64,000 bases of DNA from positions 11,612 through 75,611 of the forward strand of contig CAZVEG010000004.1 of the NCBI GenBank assembly GCA_964625625.1, given 5' to 3'. Origin of the DNA: an uncultured Leptospirales bacterium (lineage in GTDB: Bacteria > Spirochaetota > UBA4802 > UBA5368). Positions 39,532-49,333 of this stretch are shown here, in pieces. The position numbers and the translations under genes were made by a program. The notes beneath the pieces are model-generated. The model had not been told where the DNA came from. It saw nothing but the letters and a program-made list of their open reading frames with translations, and searched no databases. How positions within the stretch are numbered: the stretch's first letter is position 1; each line of letters begins with the position of its first letter.

Positions 39532-40683
39532 TCAGTAATCGTTAAGCACGTTCGACGAGATGACGAGTCGCTGTATCTCCGAGGTGCCCTCGTACAGCTC
39601 GGTGATGCGGGAGTCGCGATAATGACGCTCCACGGGATACTCCTTTATGTAGCCGTAACCGCCGAACACCTGGATCGCCTTGTGGGTAACGCGGTGAGAG
39701 GCCTCGGAGGCGAAGAGTTTGGCCATCGCGGCGTAACGGGAGTACTTCCTGCGGTCCCCGGTGCCGATGAGCTGTGCCGCCCGGTAGGTGAGCAGCCGCG
39801 CCGCGTCGATCTCGGTGGCCATGGCGGCGATCATCCACTGGATCGCCTCGAGCTTGGCGATGGGCTGGTTGAACTGGACGCGCTCCTTGGCGTATTTCGC
39901 GGCGGCGTCGAGCGCCGCCTGGGCGATCCCGACCGCCTGCGCGGCGATACCGACCCGGCCGCCGTCGAGCGTATGCATCGCGATCGCGAAGCCTTCCCCC
40001 TTTTTGCCCAGGATGTTCGCCTCGGGGATCTCGCAGTTATCGAAGACGAGCTCGGTGGTGGATGAAGCGCAGATGCCCAGCTTGTCCTCCACCTTGCCGA
40101 CCGAGAAGCCCGGCGTCCCCTTCTCGACGATGAACATCGAAAGGCCCTTGTGGCCGACTCCTTTCTCGGTGACGGCCATGACGACCGCCACATGGGCGAC
40201 GCCGCCGTTGGTGATGAAGTTCTTGGTGCCGTTCAGCACCCATTTGCCGTTTTTCAGCTCCGCGGTGGTCTTGGTGCCGGCGGCGTCCGAGCCCGCGCCG
40301 GGCTCGGTGATGCCGAAGCATCCGATCCATTCGCCGGTGGTGAGTTTCGACAGGTATTTTTTCTTCTGCTCTTCGGTGCCGTAATAGTATATCGGGGAAA
40401 GGCAGAGCGAATTGTGCGCCGATACGATCACCCCGTTGGAGGCGCATCCCCGCGAGATCTCCTCGACGGCAATCGCGTAACAGACGTAATCCATGCCCGC
40501 GCCGTTGTATTCCTCGGGATAGACCACGCCGAGCATTCCCATCTCGCCGAGCTTTTTCACCGGCTCCCACGGGAATTCGTGCGTCCTGTCGTACTCCGCC
40601 GCTCTGGGCGCAAGCTCGTTATCGGCGAACTTGCGGCACATGTCCCTGACCATCTGCTGCTCGTCTGAAAGCATGAAATCCAT
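39532..40683 (-). CDS. Acyl-CoA dehydrogenase (short/branched-chain type)
   Basis: CFGITEPGAGSDAAG, YGGYGYIKEYPVERHYRDSRITELYEGTSEIQ. Start placed at the second ATG (MDFMLSDEQQ), which has GAGGAGA 6 nt upstream. Confidence 0.85.
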   Translation of the reverse strand: MDFMLSDEQQMVRDMCRKFADNELAPRAAEYDRTHEFPWEPVKKLGEMGMLGVVYPEEYNGAGMDYVCYAIAVEEISRGCASNGVIVSAHNSLCLSPIYYYGTEEQKKKYLSKLTTGEWIGCFGITEPGAGSDAAGTKTTAELKNGKWVLNGTKNFITNGGVAHVAVVMAVTEKGVGHKGLSMFIVEKGTPGFSVGKVEDKLGICASSTTELVFDNCEIPEANILGKKGEGFAIAMHTLDGGRVGIAAQAVGIAQAALDAAAKYAKERVQFNQPIAKLEAIQWMIAAMATEIDAARLLTYRAAQLIGTGDRRKYSRYAAMAKLFASEASHRVTHKAIQVFGGYGYIKEYPVERHYRDSRITELYEGTSEIQRLVISSNVLNDY

Positions 40684-41103
40684 ATCCATTCTCCTCGCAC
40701 GCGAAATGAGCCGTATTCGCACTCCTGAAATCAGCGCCGATCCACCGTCCTGCGACGGTCGCCGGGCGGTTCCCCTGAATCGCGAAACGGCCTTGTTGTG
40801 TATTTTAACAAAGAATGGGTTTTATACATCGCAATGCAATAAAAATTCCCCCGCGGAATGAATAAAGTGGCATTCGACGGAGGGCGTGCCGGGGAGTTTT
40901 CCATCACCGAATCCGTGCAAGAACCGGTATCGCACCGGTGAAAGGATCTTACACGATGGGTGCCGTCTCATGAAATTATTTTCGCTGATCCGGTTGCGCC
41001 GAAGGCGGCGGGCCGATCGTGACGGTGTTTTTCTCTTGAATTATAGCAGGGCCTTTACTATTCAGTATATCAGCGGACGGCCGTCCGGAAAGTGTGAGGT
41101 GGT

Positions 41104-42180
41104 ATGGAAAAAAAGTTATTCGTCGCGATCGCCCTTTCTCTCGCGATCGGCGGTGTTTCCTGCGGGCAGTGGAAGGTGAGCGCCCTCAAGGGAAAGAAAC
41201 TCTGTTCGATCCCGAATGCCAGCGCCCCCGGCGGCGTAATGATGGACTTCAACGAAAGCGGTACCTTCAACCAGTCGTTCAGCGTACGCGTGTTCGACGG
41301 CAAAATCTACACCGCCGACAACCTGCTCAAGCGCCTGCAGGTGCTTGACCGCGGCGGCGAGCCGCTCCTGGTGATCGGCCCCAGGGTGTCGCGCGAGGAC
41401 GCCGGTGACGTCAGGCAGTCTTCGTTCAACTTCAGCGTCATCGGTGCCATGGCTGTCGATTCGAACGGCTCCATCTACGTGCAGAACCGGCTCATGCCCT
41501 CGGGAGGAGCCATGCGCTCGGAGCGCAGCGAGGAAATAGACTTTTCGCCGAGCTACATACTCGTATTCGATAAATCGGGCGGTCTCATGCACACCATCGG
41601 CCAGAAGGGGAGCCCGGATATCCCGTTTTATTACATCGAAGACATCCAGATAGACCGGCAAGACCGGCTTTTCGTCGTCTCCAGATCGTTCGATACATGG
41701 AGTGTCTACCGGTTCGCCAGTCGCAAGAGGGACTACTATACCACCCTCGGGGTTCCGGATTTCAAGGAAACGGAAAATGGCGAAACCTACACCGGCCGGA
41801 TAGAGGGGATCAGGACATTCGCAAGCGGCGAGGATTTCCTTGTTTCGGTCGCATATTACCACGGTTCGCGCTTCAAATACAGGAAGATATACGATTATTC
41901 GGTCGAAAAGGGGCGGAAGGAGGAGCGGACCGCCATCTCGATCCCGGATCCTAAAAACGAGCTCTTCAACCTGGTCGACGATAAGCACCTGCTTCTCTGG
42001 AATGTAGAGGGGCGTAAAATCAAGTTCGCCATCCTGAACCTCGACGGTAACGTAATCAACAATGTTCTGATCCAGATGCAGGACAACAAGTTCTATGAGG
42101 ACATCTTCGCCGATGAGAGCGGCCAGCTCTACTCCGCGCACGTGAGCAGGAAAGACGTCGAAGTGATGGAGTGGAAATAG
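41104..42180 (+). CDS. Hypothetical lipoprotein (beta-propeller/NHL-like)
   Basis: Lipobox (LAIGGVSC); RBS GAGGTGG; 358 aa, beta-rich. Confidence 0.55.
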   Translation: MEKKLFVAIALSLAIGGVSCGQWKVSALKGKKLCSIPNASAPGGVMMDFNESGTFNQSFSVRVFDGKIYTADNLLKRLQVLDRGGEPLLVIGPRVSREDAGDVRQSSFNFSVIGAMAVDSNGSIYVQNRLMPSGGAMRSERSEEIDFSPSYILVFDKSGGLMHTIGQKGSPDIPFYYIEDIQIDRQDRLFVVSRSFDTWSVYRFASRKRDYYTTLGVPDFKETENGETYTGRIEGIRTFASGEDFLVSVAYYHGSRFKYRKIYDYSVEKGRKEERTAISIPDPKNELFNLVDDKHLLLWNVEGRKIKFAILNLDGNVINNVLIQMQDNKFYEDIFADESGQLYSAHVSRKDVEVMEWK

Positions 42181-43728
42181 ATGAAGGCGGTGACCGCCGG
42201 GGAAATGCGACGCATCGACGGCGAGACGATCGAGGTGATGGGCGTTCCCGCCGGGGTACTGATGGCGGAGGCGGGCAGGGCCGTCGCCGAGTTTACGGAA
42301 TCGGTCCGTCGCGGGGAGGGCGCCGTCGCCATTATCTGCGGGACCGGCAACAACGGCGGTGATGGTTTCGTCGCCGCCCGACATCTGGCGGAGCGCGGTG
42401 TTTCGGTGAGCGTTTATCTCGCCGGAGAGATGGACAGGGTGTCGCCGACCTCGGCGGTATTTCTGCGGGCCTGTCTGAATGCCGGCATCCGGATAAATGA
42501 GCTCGCGGGGCCCGACGCGGTTCGGGACGCGGATTTCGGGCGTTATGCCCTGATTGTCGACGCCCTGCTCGGAACGGGTTTCGAGGGCGTCGTGCGTGCG
42601 AGCATGGCGGAGATCATAGCGGCGGTCAATGCCGCGGCGCGAACTGTGATCTCCGTGGACATGCCGAGCGGCCTCCCCTCGGGAGGCGCGGGGCCGGAGG
42701 GGCCCGTTGTCCGTGCCGCGTACACCGTCACCATCGGCCTGCCCAAAATTTCACTGGTTACCTGGCCCGGCCGCGAATACGCGGGCGAGGTTCATGTTGC
42801 GGATATCGGATTTCCCCGAAGTCTCCTGGAAAGCGATGATCTCGTCACCGACCTCGTCGACATCGACTTCGTGCGTGCGCGCTTCTCTCCCGACAGGGGG
42901 GCGGATACCCACAAGGGACAGGCCGGCCATCTTCTTCTGGTCGGCGGTTTCGACTGTATGGAAGGCGCCATCATGCTGAGCGCGAATGCGGCCTTTGAAA
43001 CGGGGGTCGGACTGGCGACGCTGCTCACCACCGAAACGGCGCGCGCGGTTATAGCGGGCAGGATTCCCGAACTCATGACGCGGCCGGTCCCGCTTTCCGG
43101 CGGCATCACCGGCGTGGAAAACGGAATCGGTGAATTTTTCGCCGGCGGGCGACGCTACGACGCGCTCGTCATGGGGCCGGGCATGGGGCGAGGCGAAATC
43201 TCCCGGGTGGTGTTCGAAACCGTGTTGAAGGCGCTTCCGGGCTGCGGTATACGGCATGCGGTCATCGACGGCGACGGATTGTATCATCTCGCCGGTCATC
43301 TCGAACGCTCGTCGCTGCCGCGGGACGTGTCGTTCGTGCTGACCCCCCATTTCGGCGAGGCCTCGCGGCTCCTCGGCGAGAACGTGGAGGCCATCAGGCA
43401 CGACCGCTTCACCGCGGCCTCGCGCCTCGCATCGCGCGCCGGTGCCGCGGCGCTCCTCAAGGGGCCCGCGTCGATCGCCTCGGACGGAAAGCGTTCGCTC
43501 GTCAACACCACCGGCAACCCGGCGCTCGCCACGGCGGGAAGCGGCGACGTGCTCTCGGGTATTATCGGCTCGCTGCTGTTGCGCGGCATGGCTCCGCTCG
43601 AATCGGCCGGGATCGGCGCGTATCTGCACGGCCGTGCGGCGGACCTGGCGGTCGAGTCCTCGGGCGTCATGGTGCTCAGGGCGGGCGATGTGGTGCGGTA
43701 TGTCAGGAAGGCGATGGCGGAGCTTTAA
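42181..43728 (+). CDS. nnr: Bifunctional NAD(P)H-hydrate repair enzyme Nnr (epimerase plus ADP-dependent dehydratase)
   Basis: N-terminal YjeF_N (ICGTGNNGGDGFV) and a C-terminal carbohydrate-kinase-like domain (LLKGPASIASDG...GSGDVLSG); 515 aa. Confidence 0.88.
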   Translation: MKAVTAGEMRRIDGETIEVMGVPAGVLMAEAGRAVAEFTESVRRGEGAVAIICGTGNNGGDGFVAARHLAERGVSVSVYLAGEMDRVSPTSAVFLRACLNAGIRINELAGPDAVRDADFGRYALIVDALLGTGFEGVVRASMAEIIAAVNAAARTVISVDMPSGLPSGGAGPEGPVVRAAYTVTIGLPKISLVTWPGREYAGEVHVADIGFPRSLLESDDLVTDLVDIDFVRARFSPDRGADTHKGQAGHLLLVGGFDCMEGAIMLSANAAFETGVGLATLLTTETARAVIAGRIPELMTRPVPLSGGITGVENGIGEFFAGGRRYDALVMGPGMGRGEISRVVFETVLKALPGCGIRHAVIDGDGLYHLAGHLERSSLPRDVSFVLTPHFGEASRLLGENVEAIRHDRFTAASRLASRAGAAALLKGPASIASDGKRSLVNTTGNPALATAGSGDVLSGIIGSLLLRGMAPLESAGIGAYLHGRAADLAVESSGVMVLRAGDVVRYVRKAMAEL

Positions 43729-43746
43729 GGGCGACCGGGTGCGCAT

Positions 43747-43781
43747 AAAAAAAGAGGCGCCCTGAAGGCGCCTCTTTTTTT
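43747..43781. terminator. Bidirectional rho-independent terminator
   Basis: aaaaaaag-AGAGGCGCC-ctgaa-GGCGCCTCT-ttttttt: a GC-rich 9-10 bp stem flanked by an A-tract and a T-tract, between the convergent nnr and OMP genes. Confidence 0.85.
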
Positions 43782-43794
43782 ATGATCGGTACGA

Positions 43795-45105
43795 TCAGAA
43801 GGTATAGTTGAAGTCGATGGAAATCCCGGTGTCTTCCTTGCTGACGCCGTAGAGGAAGTGAACGATCGTATTGAGATTCCACGCGATGCCGAAACCGCCG
43901 CCGAAGCTCGTGAAGTATTCGTCGAAACGCGGATCGGTGAATGGATCGGCCGCCTCGTCGAAGACATTCCCCGCGGCCGCGAAGCCTATAAGCTTGAATC
44001 CGAAACGCTGGCCCGCGCCCGATGCCTCGCCGATCTGCCAGCGCATCTCGGCATTGCCCACGGTCATGGTCTTGCCGGCGAAACGTCCCTTCTTGTAGCC
44101 GAGCAGCGTGCGGTTGCCGCCAAGGCCCTGCCTGCGCTCAAGCGCGAAGCCAAACCAGTCCTGCTCGTAGAACGGGATGTCGTTCGCCGCGGTGGTGTAC
44201 CCCATCCTGAACGCGAAGGTCAGGGGATTCAGCGGGCTCACGAAGAGCATCGCCTGCGCGTTGTGCTTCGTAAAGTCATACTCGGAGCCTATGGCGCCGT
44301 CGGATATCTCGAAGCAGTAGTCGAGATAATAGCCCTTCTTGGGATCGGGCTCGAAGTCACGCGTGTCATATCCGATGCCGGCCCGGGCATAGTTCGTCCA
44401 ACCGCCCTCGAAACCCAGCGGGTGGTCGAGATCGAGGAGAGTATCGAGCTGTGTTACGTGGTTTACTTCCTTGCCGTTTTCGCCTTTCCAGCTGTGGATG
44501 CCGATCTTCTTGAACTCTCCACCCAGCATGAATCTCAATGACTCGGTCATGTCACGGAAAAGGTAGAAGTAATACTTTGGTTTATTGATGTCATACTTGT
44601 AGAACTTCATGTACTCTTCGTTGTCATCGATGAATTTCTGATAGTCGGAATAGTTGCTGTAGGTAACACCCGAACCGGTCGGATTCGCGATCTTTTCCTG
44701 CGCCGCATCGGCCCCGCGTCCGAAGTAGTTGGCGTTTCGGTCGCGATTGAGGACGAAGGCGGATTTGATGCGGAACTTGCTGCCCGCGATATACGGCATG
44801 TCGAGGTTCAGCTCGTGATAGCTGACGCCGTTGGTGGTGGCGTAATACTGGGCATAGAGCTGCATAAAATAAGGTGTGCTGTCGAAATACGCGTCTTCCT
44901 TCGAACCATTGTAGTACATGTACACGCGTGCGCCGTAGCCGAAGCCGTCGTCGCTGGAAAAGTTTACCAGGGGAAGCCCCGTCGGGTACCAGCCTTCCTT
45001 CTTCTTGGCCAGCGTGTCCTCGCTCAGTTTTGCGGCCTGTGCGCCGAGCGGAAGGAACGCCAGCGCCATGATAAGCGCCAGACAAACAACCAGACATTTT
45101 TTCAT
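43795..45105 (-). CDS. Putative outer-membrane beta-barrel protein
   Basis: Signal peptide (LVVCLALIMALAFLPLGAQAA); aromatic/Gly-rich amphipathic strands; C-terminal ...FNYTF ends in Phe. RBS GGAGATA. Confidence 0.6.
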   Translation of the reverse strand: MKKCLVVCLALIMALAFLPLGAQAAKLSEDTLAKKKEGWYPTGLPLVNFSSDDGFGYGARVYMYYNGSKEDAYFDSTPYFMQLYAQYYATTNGVSYHELNLDMPYIAGSKFRIKSAFVLNRDRNANYFGRGADAAQEKIANPTGSGVTYSNYSDYQKFIDDNEEYMKFYKYDINKPKYYFYLFRDMTESLRFMLGGEFKKIGIHSWKGENGKEVNHVTQLDTLLDLDHPLGFEGGWTNYARAGIGYDTRDFEPDPKKGYYLDYCFEISDGAIGSEYDFTKHNAQAMLFVSPLNPLTFAFRMGYTTAANDIPFYEQDWFGFALERRQGLGGNRTLLGYKKGRFAGKTMTVGNAEMRWQIGEASGAGQRFGFKLIGFAAAGNVFDEAADPFTDPRFDEYFTSFGGGFGIAWNLNTIVHFLYGVSKEDTGISIDFNYTF

Positions 45106-45305
45106 ACCTGTATCTCCTCTTGGCGAATGATGATGAATTGCCGGAAAACCCGTAAACTACCGCGCATCCCATGCCTGCGACGATGATGTGAGGGCCGCGG
45201 CAATTCCCCTGAAAATAACGCGATGATGACCGAAGCCGCACCGCCTCCCGGCGCGTACTCCCGCCGCCGGACAAACTGAACGCCATTCAGTTACAAAAGT
45301 CAACA

Positions 45306-46223
45306 CTATTTCGGCCGCTTGACCGCGTAGAGAACCATCGAGCTGGTGAGGGCGAAATCCCTGAAGTGGAGTTTGCTGATGAGATGATACCAGGCGATAC
45401 GAACCCAGTGCCGGTAGTCCCGGGCCGATTTGAAAGCGTAACGCGATTTAAGTAATTTGGGGACGAGGCCGAACTCCACGGGAAGGTAGGCGACCACGCG
45501 GCTGAAGCCGGACCTGACGAGCAGGTCGGTGAGGTTTCTTCGCGTGAAATACGAAAGATGCCCCGGCATGAAATAGGCGTATCGTTCGCCCCGGAGGCGC
45601 GCCTGGAGTCCCGCCATATTGGCAGTCTGCACGACGAGCACGCCGCCGTCCCGGAGCAGGCGATGGCATTCCCGAATGGCGTCCGCGGGGTCGGCGAGGT
45701 GCTCGATCACCTCGATCATCGTTATGGCGGAGAAGGAACCGTCTTCGAAAGGATGGTCAGCGAGCGTTCCGATGTGCACGCGCTCGCCGAAGATCTTCCG
45801 CGCCTCGCTCCCGGAGTAATCCGACGGCTCGATGCCGTAGACCGAGTATCGCGCCGAGGCCTCCCTGAGGAGCCCGCCAAACGCCGCCCCCACGTCGAGA
45901 AAATTACCGCCGTCCGCGTAGCGCCCGATCACGCGCAGGCGCGCCTTCCAGACGTGGCGGGCGAAGCGCTCGGCCCTGCGCTCGTCGTAGTACGCGTACT
46001 CCGCCGAACCCCGGTAATAGTCCTCTCCGTAAAATCCGCGAATGACCCTTTTCGTGAACCGGGGGTTCATGAAGATGAAGCCGCATTCGTCACAGCGATC
46101 AACCCGGAATGGAGGGGTGTAGCGCTGAATTCCGTGGAGTCGGGCGATCCGGGCGCTCCCGCAGAGCGGGCATGCCCGGAGGGGCCGCTCGTAGATCGCG
46201 GGATCGCTGAAAGGCGTACTCAT
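45306..46223 (-). CDS. Class I SAM-dependent methyltransferase with N-terminal zinc ribbon
   Basis: CPLCGS...CDECG zinc ribbon, then SAM motif I (LDVGAAFGGL) and post-I acidic residues; 305 aa. Confidence 0.7.
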   Translation of the reverse strand: MSTPFSDPAIYERPLRACPLCGSARIARLHGIQRYTPPFRVDRCDECGFIFMNPRFTKRVIRGFYGEDYYRGSAEYAYYDERRAERFARHVWKARLRVIGRYADGGNFLDVGAAFGGLLREASARYSVYGIEPSDYSGSEARKIFGERVHIGTLADHPFEDGSFSAITMIEVIEHLADPADAIRECHRLLRDGGVLVVQTANMAGLQARLRGERYAYFMPGHLSYFTRRNLTDLLVRSGFSRVVAYLPVEFGLVPKLLKSRYAFKSARDYRHWVRIAWYHLISKLHFRDFALTSSMVLYAVKRPK

Positions 46224-46882
46224 TTTTCCGCCCAGAAGTACCAGTGTGAGATGACCGATTCCGGTTTTCCCAGCGGGCTTCGTTCCATGAAGCCGTACTG
46301 GAAGGCCGAAAACGGCGACAGGGCGGCGCGAAGCTCGTTCTCGGAGTAAAACGCCGCGGTCGAGCTCTCGATATCGTCGAGGCCGGTTTTCCAGACGTCG
46401 TTGCCCAGGTGAACGCCTTTTTTCAGGACCGTATCGCGCGTATTACGCAGCGTGCCGAAGAGCCTGCCACCTTTCCCGAGAATGCGCCGCACCTCGGCGA
46501 GCATGGGTGCGAGATCTTCCTTGACGGTGTAGTGCAGCGATCCCCAGGCAACAACGATATCGAGCGCGCCGGATCGTATCGGGATTGACCTCGCGTCGGC
46601 CTGTACGAACGGAGTGTCGTACAGGTCCGCGCACAGGGAGAGCGCGTTGAAACTTGTGTCGAGGCCCAGCGGGCAATCCAGCCCCATCTCGACGAGCAGC
46701 CCCACATGCCGGCCCGTGCCGCAGCCGAGATCGAGGGCGTGCAGGGAACCGGTGTCGCGTCCCTTGAGGAACGGGGCGAGCATGCGCACGAGGTTTTCGT
46801 CGGGGTAGCGAAGAACCGACCGGTCCCTGGTGTAATGCCGCTCCCATGCCCTTTCGGAATCCATATGACCTTCAACCCTCAA
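46220..46882 (-). CDS. Class I SAM-dependent methyltransferase
   Basis: Motif I LDLGCGTGRH, and later ALDIVVAWGSLHY; 220 aa. Stop overlaps the next gene's start. Confidence 0.7.
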   Translation of the reverse strand: MRVEGHMDSERAWERHYTRDRSVLRYPDENLVRMLAPFLKGRDTGSLHALDLGCGTGRHVGLLVEMGLDCPLGLDTSFNALSLCADLYDTPFVQADARSIPIRSGALDIVVAWGSLHYTVKEDLAPMLAEVRRILGKGGRLFGTLRNTRDTVLKKGVHLGNDVWKTGLDDIESSTAAFYSENELRAALSPFSAFQYGFMERSPLGKPESVISHWYFWAEK

Positions 46883-48089
46883 TCGTGATTTTCAGCTCCG
46901 CGACCGCCCGCTCGGCCGCGTCGATGGCCGCCTGGTGACTGCGACCGCGCGTTATGACCACCCCGATGCGGTCGTGGTTGGTGGCGGTAACCCCGCGTAT
47001 CTCCGAGCCTTCCTGTTTGAACATCTTCCAGGAGACCAGCCCGTTCATCCTTCGCGGTTTACCGTTGAATGAAACGAGCCGGCCGGGCGTACCGGTTATA
47101 TAACGGACGACAACGGCCTTTTTAGTACGCGGGGAGGGCGGCGTAAAACCGGTGTTCGTGGCCGCTTTTATGGTTTCGCGAATGAACCCGTATCCGGTGC
47201 TCTCGGGAATGAGCAGATCGGGTATGAACTCGCCGCCGAATTCGGGGACCGCCTCGATAAGGCTGAGCTCCCCGTCGTCGGCCACCATGATTTCCATTAT
47301 CAGCGGGGATACGGCGATCTCGAATTCCTCGGCGATACGCTGCCCGAGGGCCGTGATTCTGTCACGGAGGTGCTCGAAACGGGAAGGTGACGCGTGCATG
47401 ATGTCGACAAAATAAGGAGCGGGCGACAGCGTCTTGTCGGAGATCGAGGCGAGGTGATAGGTGCCCCGGAACACAATCCCCGCGGCTATGATTTCGCTGC
47501 CCTCGGAAAAGCGTTCGACGATAAACCGGTTTCCCCTTGATTTCCGCCCCTCCAGTGCCTGTTCAAGCTCGCGCTGGTTCGACACGAGACGCACGTCCTT
47601 TTTGGCGTGCCCCGTGACCGGTTTGACGACCAGCGGAAATCCCAGCCGGGCGATCTTTCTGTGCGAGGTTCCCTGTTCGATCGCGAGGAATTCGGGCGTG
47701 TGGATCCCCGCCCTGGTCAGCACGGACTTCATCCTCCGCTTGTTGATGAAATCGTCAATTCGCTGGAAGGGAACGAGGGGTTTGCCGATGCGTTCGGCGA
47801 TATAACAGGCCGTTTTAACGGCGTTCCCGTACGATCTGGTCAGGACGCCCGCCACTTCTCCGTAGATCAGGGTTTCCTGGAGGTGGCGGAATATCTCTAT
47901 GTGGTTATCCACGGATTCGATGATTTTCAAATTGCTGAGTGACGCGCCCGGGGCGAGTGGATTTCGATCGACGGCGATGATATGGTAACCGAGCCTGACC
48001 GCCTCCGTGATGAGAGGGACCTGGTTCTCTCCCGCACCGATTGAAACGAAGTGCGCGGGCATGGCCGTTTTCCGTTTCCTGAACAACAT
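46872..48089 (-). CDS. ATP-grasp domain ligase
   Basis: 405 aa. Pre-ATP-grasp N-domain and ATP-grasp core (FPLVVKPVTGHAKKDVRLV...ERFSEGSEI...LIMEIMV). Stop/start overlaps both neighbours. Confidence 0.7.
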   Translation of the reverse strand: MLFRKRKTAMPAHFVSIGAGENQVPLITEAVRLGYHIIAVDRNPLAPGASLSNLKIIESVDNHIEIFRHLQETLIYGEVAGVLTRSYGNAVKTACYIAERIGKPLVPFQRIDDFINKRRMKSVLTRAGIHTPEFLAIEQGTSHRKIARLGFPLVVKPVTGHAKKDVRLVSNQRELEQALEGRKSRGNRFIVERFSEGSEIIAAGIVFRGTYHLASISDKTLSPAPYFVDIMHASPSRFEHLRDRITALGQRIAEEFEIAVSPLIMEIMVADDGELSLIEAVPEFGGEFIPDLLIPESTGYGFIRETIKAATNTGFTPPSPRTKKAVVVRYITGTPGRLVSFNGKPRRMNGLVSWKMFKQEGSEIRGVTATNHDRIGVVITRGRSHQAAIDAAERAVAELKITIEG

Positions 48090-48092
48090 GCC

Positions 48093-48440
48093 TTATCGGT
48101 CGAACTTCAGTAGTGCGTTCGCCACGAGCGATATGCAGCTGATGATAAGCGACGCCCCGAGGGCCGTCCAGAACGAGCCGATATGCCAGCCCTTTATAAG
48201 CCCGCCGGTGATATAGATTATGACCCCGTTGATCACCAGCGTGAAGAGGCCGAGCGTCAGCAGGTTGAGCGGCAGCGTGAGGAGAATGAGCAGTGGTTTG
48301 AGCGTAACGTTGAGAAGGCCGAGGACCGCCGCGCCGACAATCATCATGGAGACCGAGGAGACCGTGAATCCGGGGAGCAGGTACGATGCGACGCATATTC
48401 CCGTAGTAACCACGCCCCACCGTATGAGAAGGTTTGTCAT
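48093..48440 (-). CDS. Small 4-TM membrane protein (DUF360 / 'phage holin family IV'-like, YvlD-like)
   Basis: 115 aa. Four hydrophobic helices; WGVVTTGICVASYLLPGF and GLFTLVINGVIIYITGGLIKG resemble the DUF360 family. Confidence 0.6.
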   Translation of the reverse strand: MTNLLIRWGVVTTGICVASYLLPGFTVSSVSMMIVGAAVLGLLNVTLKPLLILLTLPLNLLTLGLFTLVINGVIIYITGGLIKGWHIGSFWTALGASLIISCISLVANALLKFDR

Positions 48441-48601
48441 TTCATCGTCTCCTTTCCGCGGCCTTCCCGGTTATCATCAGGGATAGTGAACCGGCGTACA
48501 ATCCGGATATCCGGTCCATATCCCGGTTCCCGGTGGACGCGGCAAACCCGGGTTGCTGATCAGGTTCAAGTATCGGCAAACGATGACGAAAGTATTGCAA
48601 A

Positions 48602-48699
48602 ATGTCAATAAATCTTCATCAAAGGCGACACCCGTTACCATGATGGCAGTGATATGAAAATCCGAATAGGGAATGTCTCCCCGTCCGCTTATGTCAATA
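48602..48699 (+). promoter_or_regulatory. Repeated ATGTCAATA motif upstream of mcsA (candidate operator; no ctsR gene present)
   Basis: atgtcaata at 48602-48610 and 48691-48699 in the 305-nt leader. It resembles a single CtsR heptad (GGTCAAA) only loosely. No tandem heptad and no CIRCE element. Confidence 0.25.
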
Positions 48700-48787
48700 T
48701 TTTTGGTGGACAAGATATTCAATATATTGTACTCTTTATCGTAGCGTGGATGGTTTGAACGGACGAATCGTCCGCGGAAGAGGACGC

Positions 48788-49321
48788 ATGTTCTGCGAAA
48801 AATGCAAAAATACCGAAGCGACGGTGCATCTTACGGAAATAATCAAGAACGTGAAATCCGAGGTGCACCTGTGCGAGACGTGCGCGCGCGAGATCGGGCT
48901 CAATTCAAAGCTGGCTAATTTCAATCTGACCGTGCCCGACATGCTTTCCTTTCTCGATGTTGAAGAAGCCGGGGATCTTGTCGACTCAAATCGTTGCCGC
49001 GGATGCGGCTTTACATTCCTCGACTACAAGAAGACCGGCAAGCTCGGCTGTCCCGAGTGCTACCGCTATCTGCGCGCTTCCCTGGATTCCGTTGTGGTGA
49101 ACTACCACGGCGAAAAACGCCATGTCGGGAAGATGCCGCTCAATTATATCGAGATGAAAACGCCGGCAAGGGTCCTTCCGGATAAGAACGTGAAGGTCGC
49201 TGAAAAAACGGACACCCTCACCGATTTGAAGAGAAAACTGGACAAGGCCATAGAGGAGGAGCGGTACGAGGAGGCGGCCGTATTACGGGATATGATTCGC
49301 GGCAGTGAGACCGCAGAGTAG
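48788..49321 (+). CDS. mcsA: McsA (protein-arginine kinase activator), zinc-finger plus UVR domain
   Basis: Four CxxC pairs (CEKCK, CETCA, CRGCG, CPECY) and a C-terminal UVR motif (EEERYEEAAVLRDMI). Start at the ATG at 48788 with RBS GAAGAGGA. Confidence 0.8.
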   Translation: MFCEKCKNTEATVHLTEIIKNVKSEVHLCETCAREIGLNSKLANFNLTVPDMLSFLDVEEAGDLVDSNRCRGCGFTFLDYKKTGKLGCPECYRYLRASLDSVVVNYHGEKRHVGKMPLNYIEMKTPARVLPDKNVKVAEKTDTLTDLKRKLDKAIEEERYEEAAVLRDMIRGSETAE

Positions 49322-49333
49322 CGGGATCCGGCG

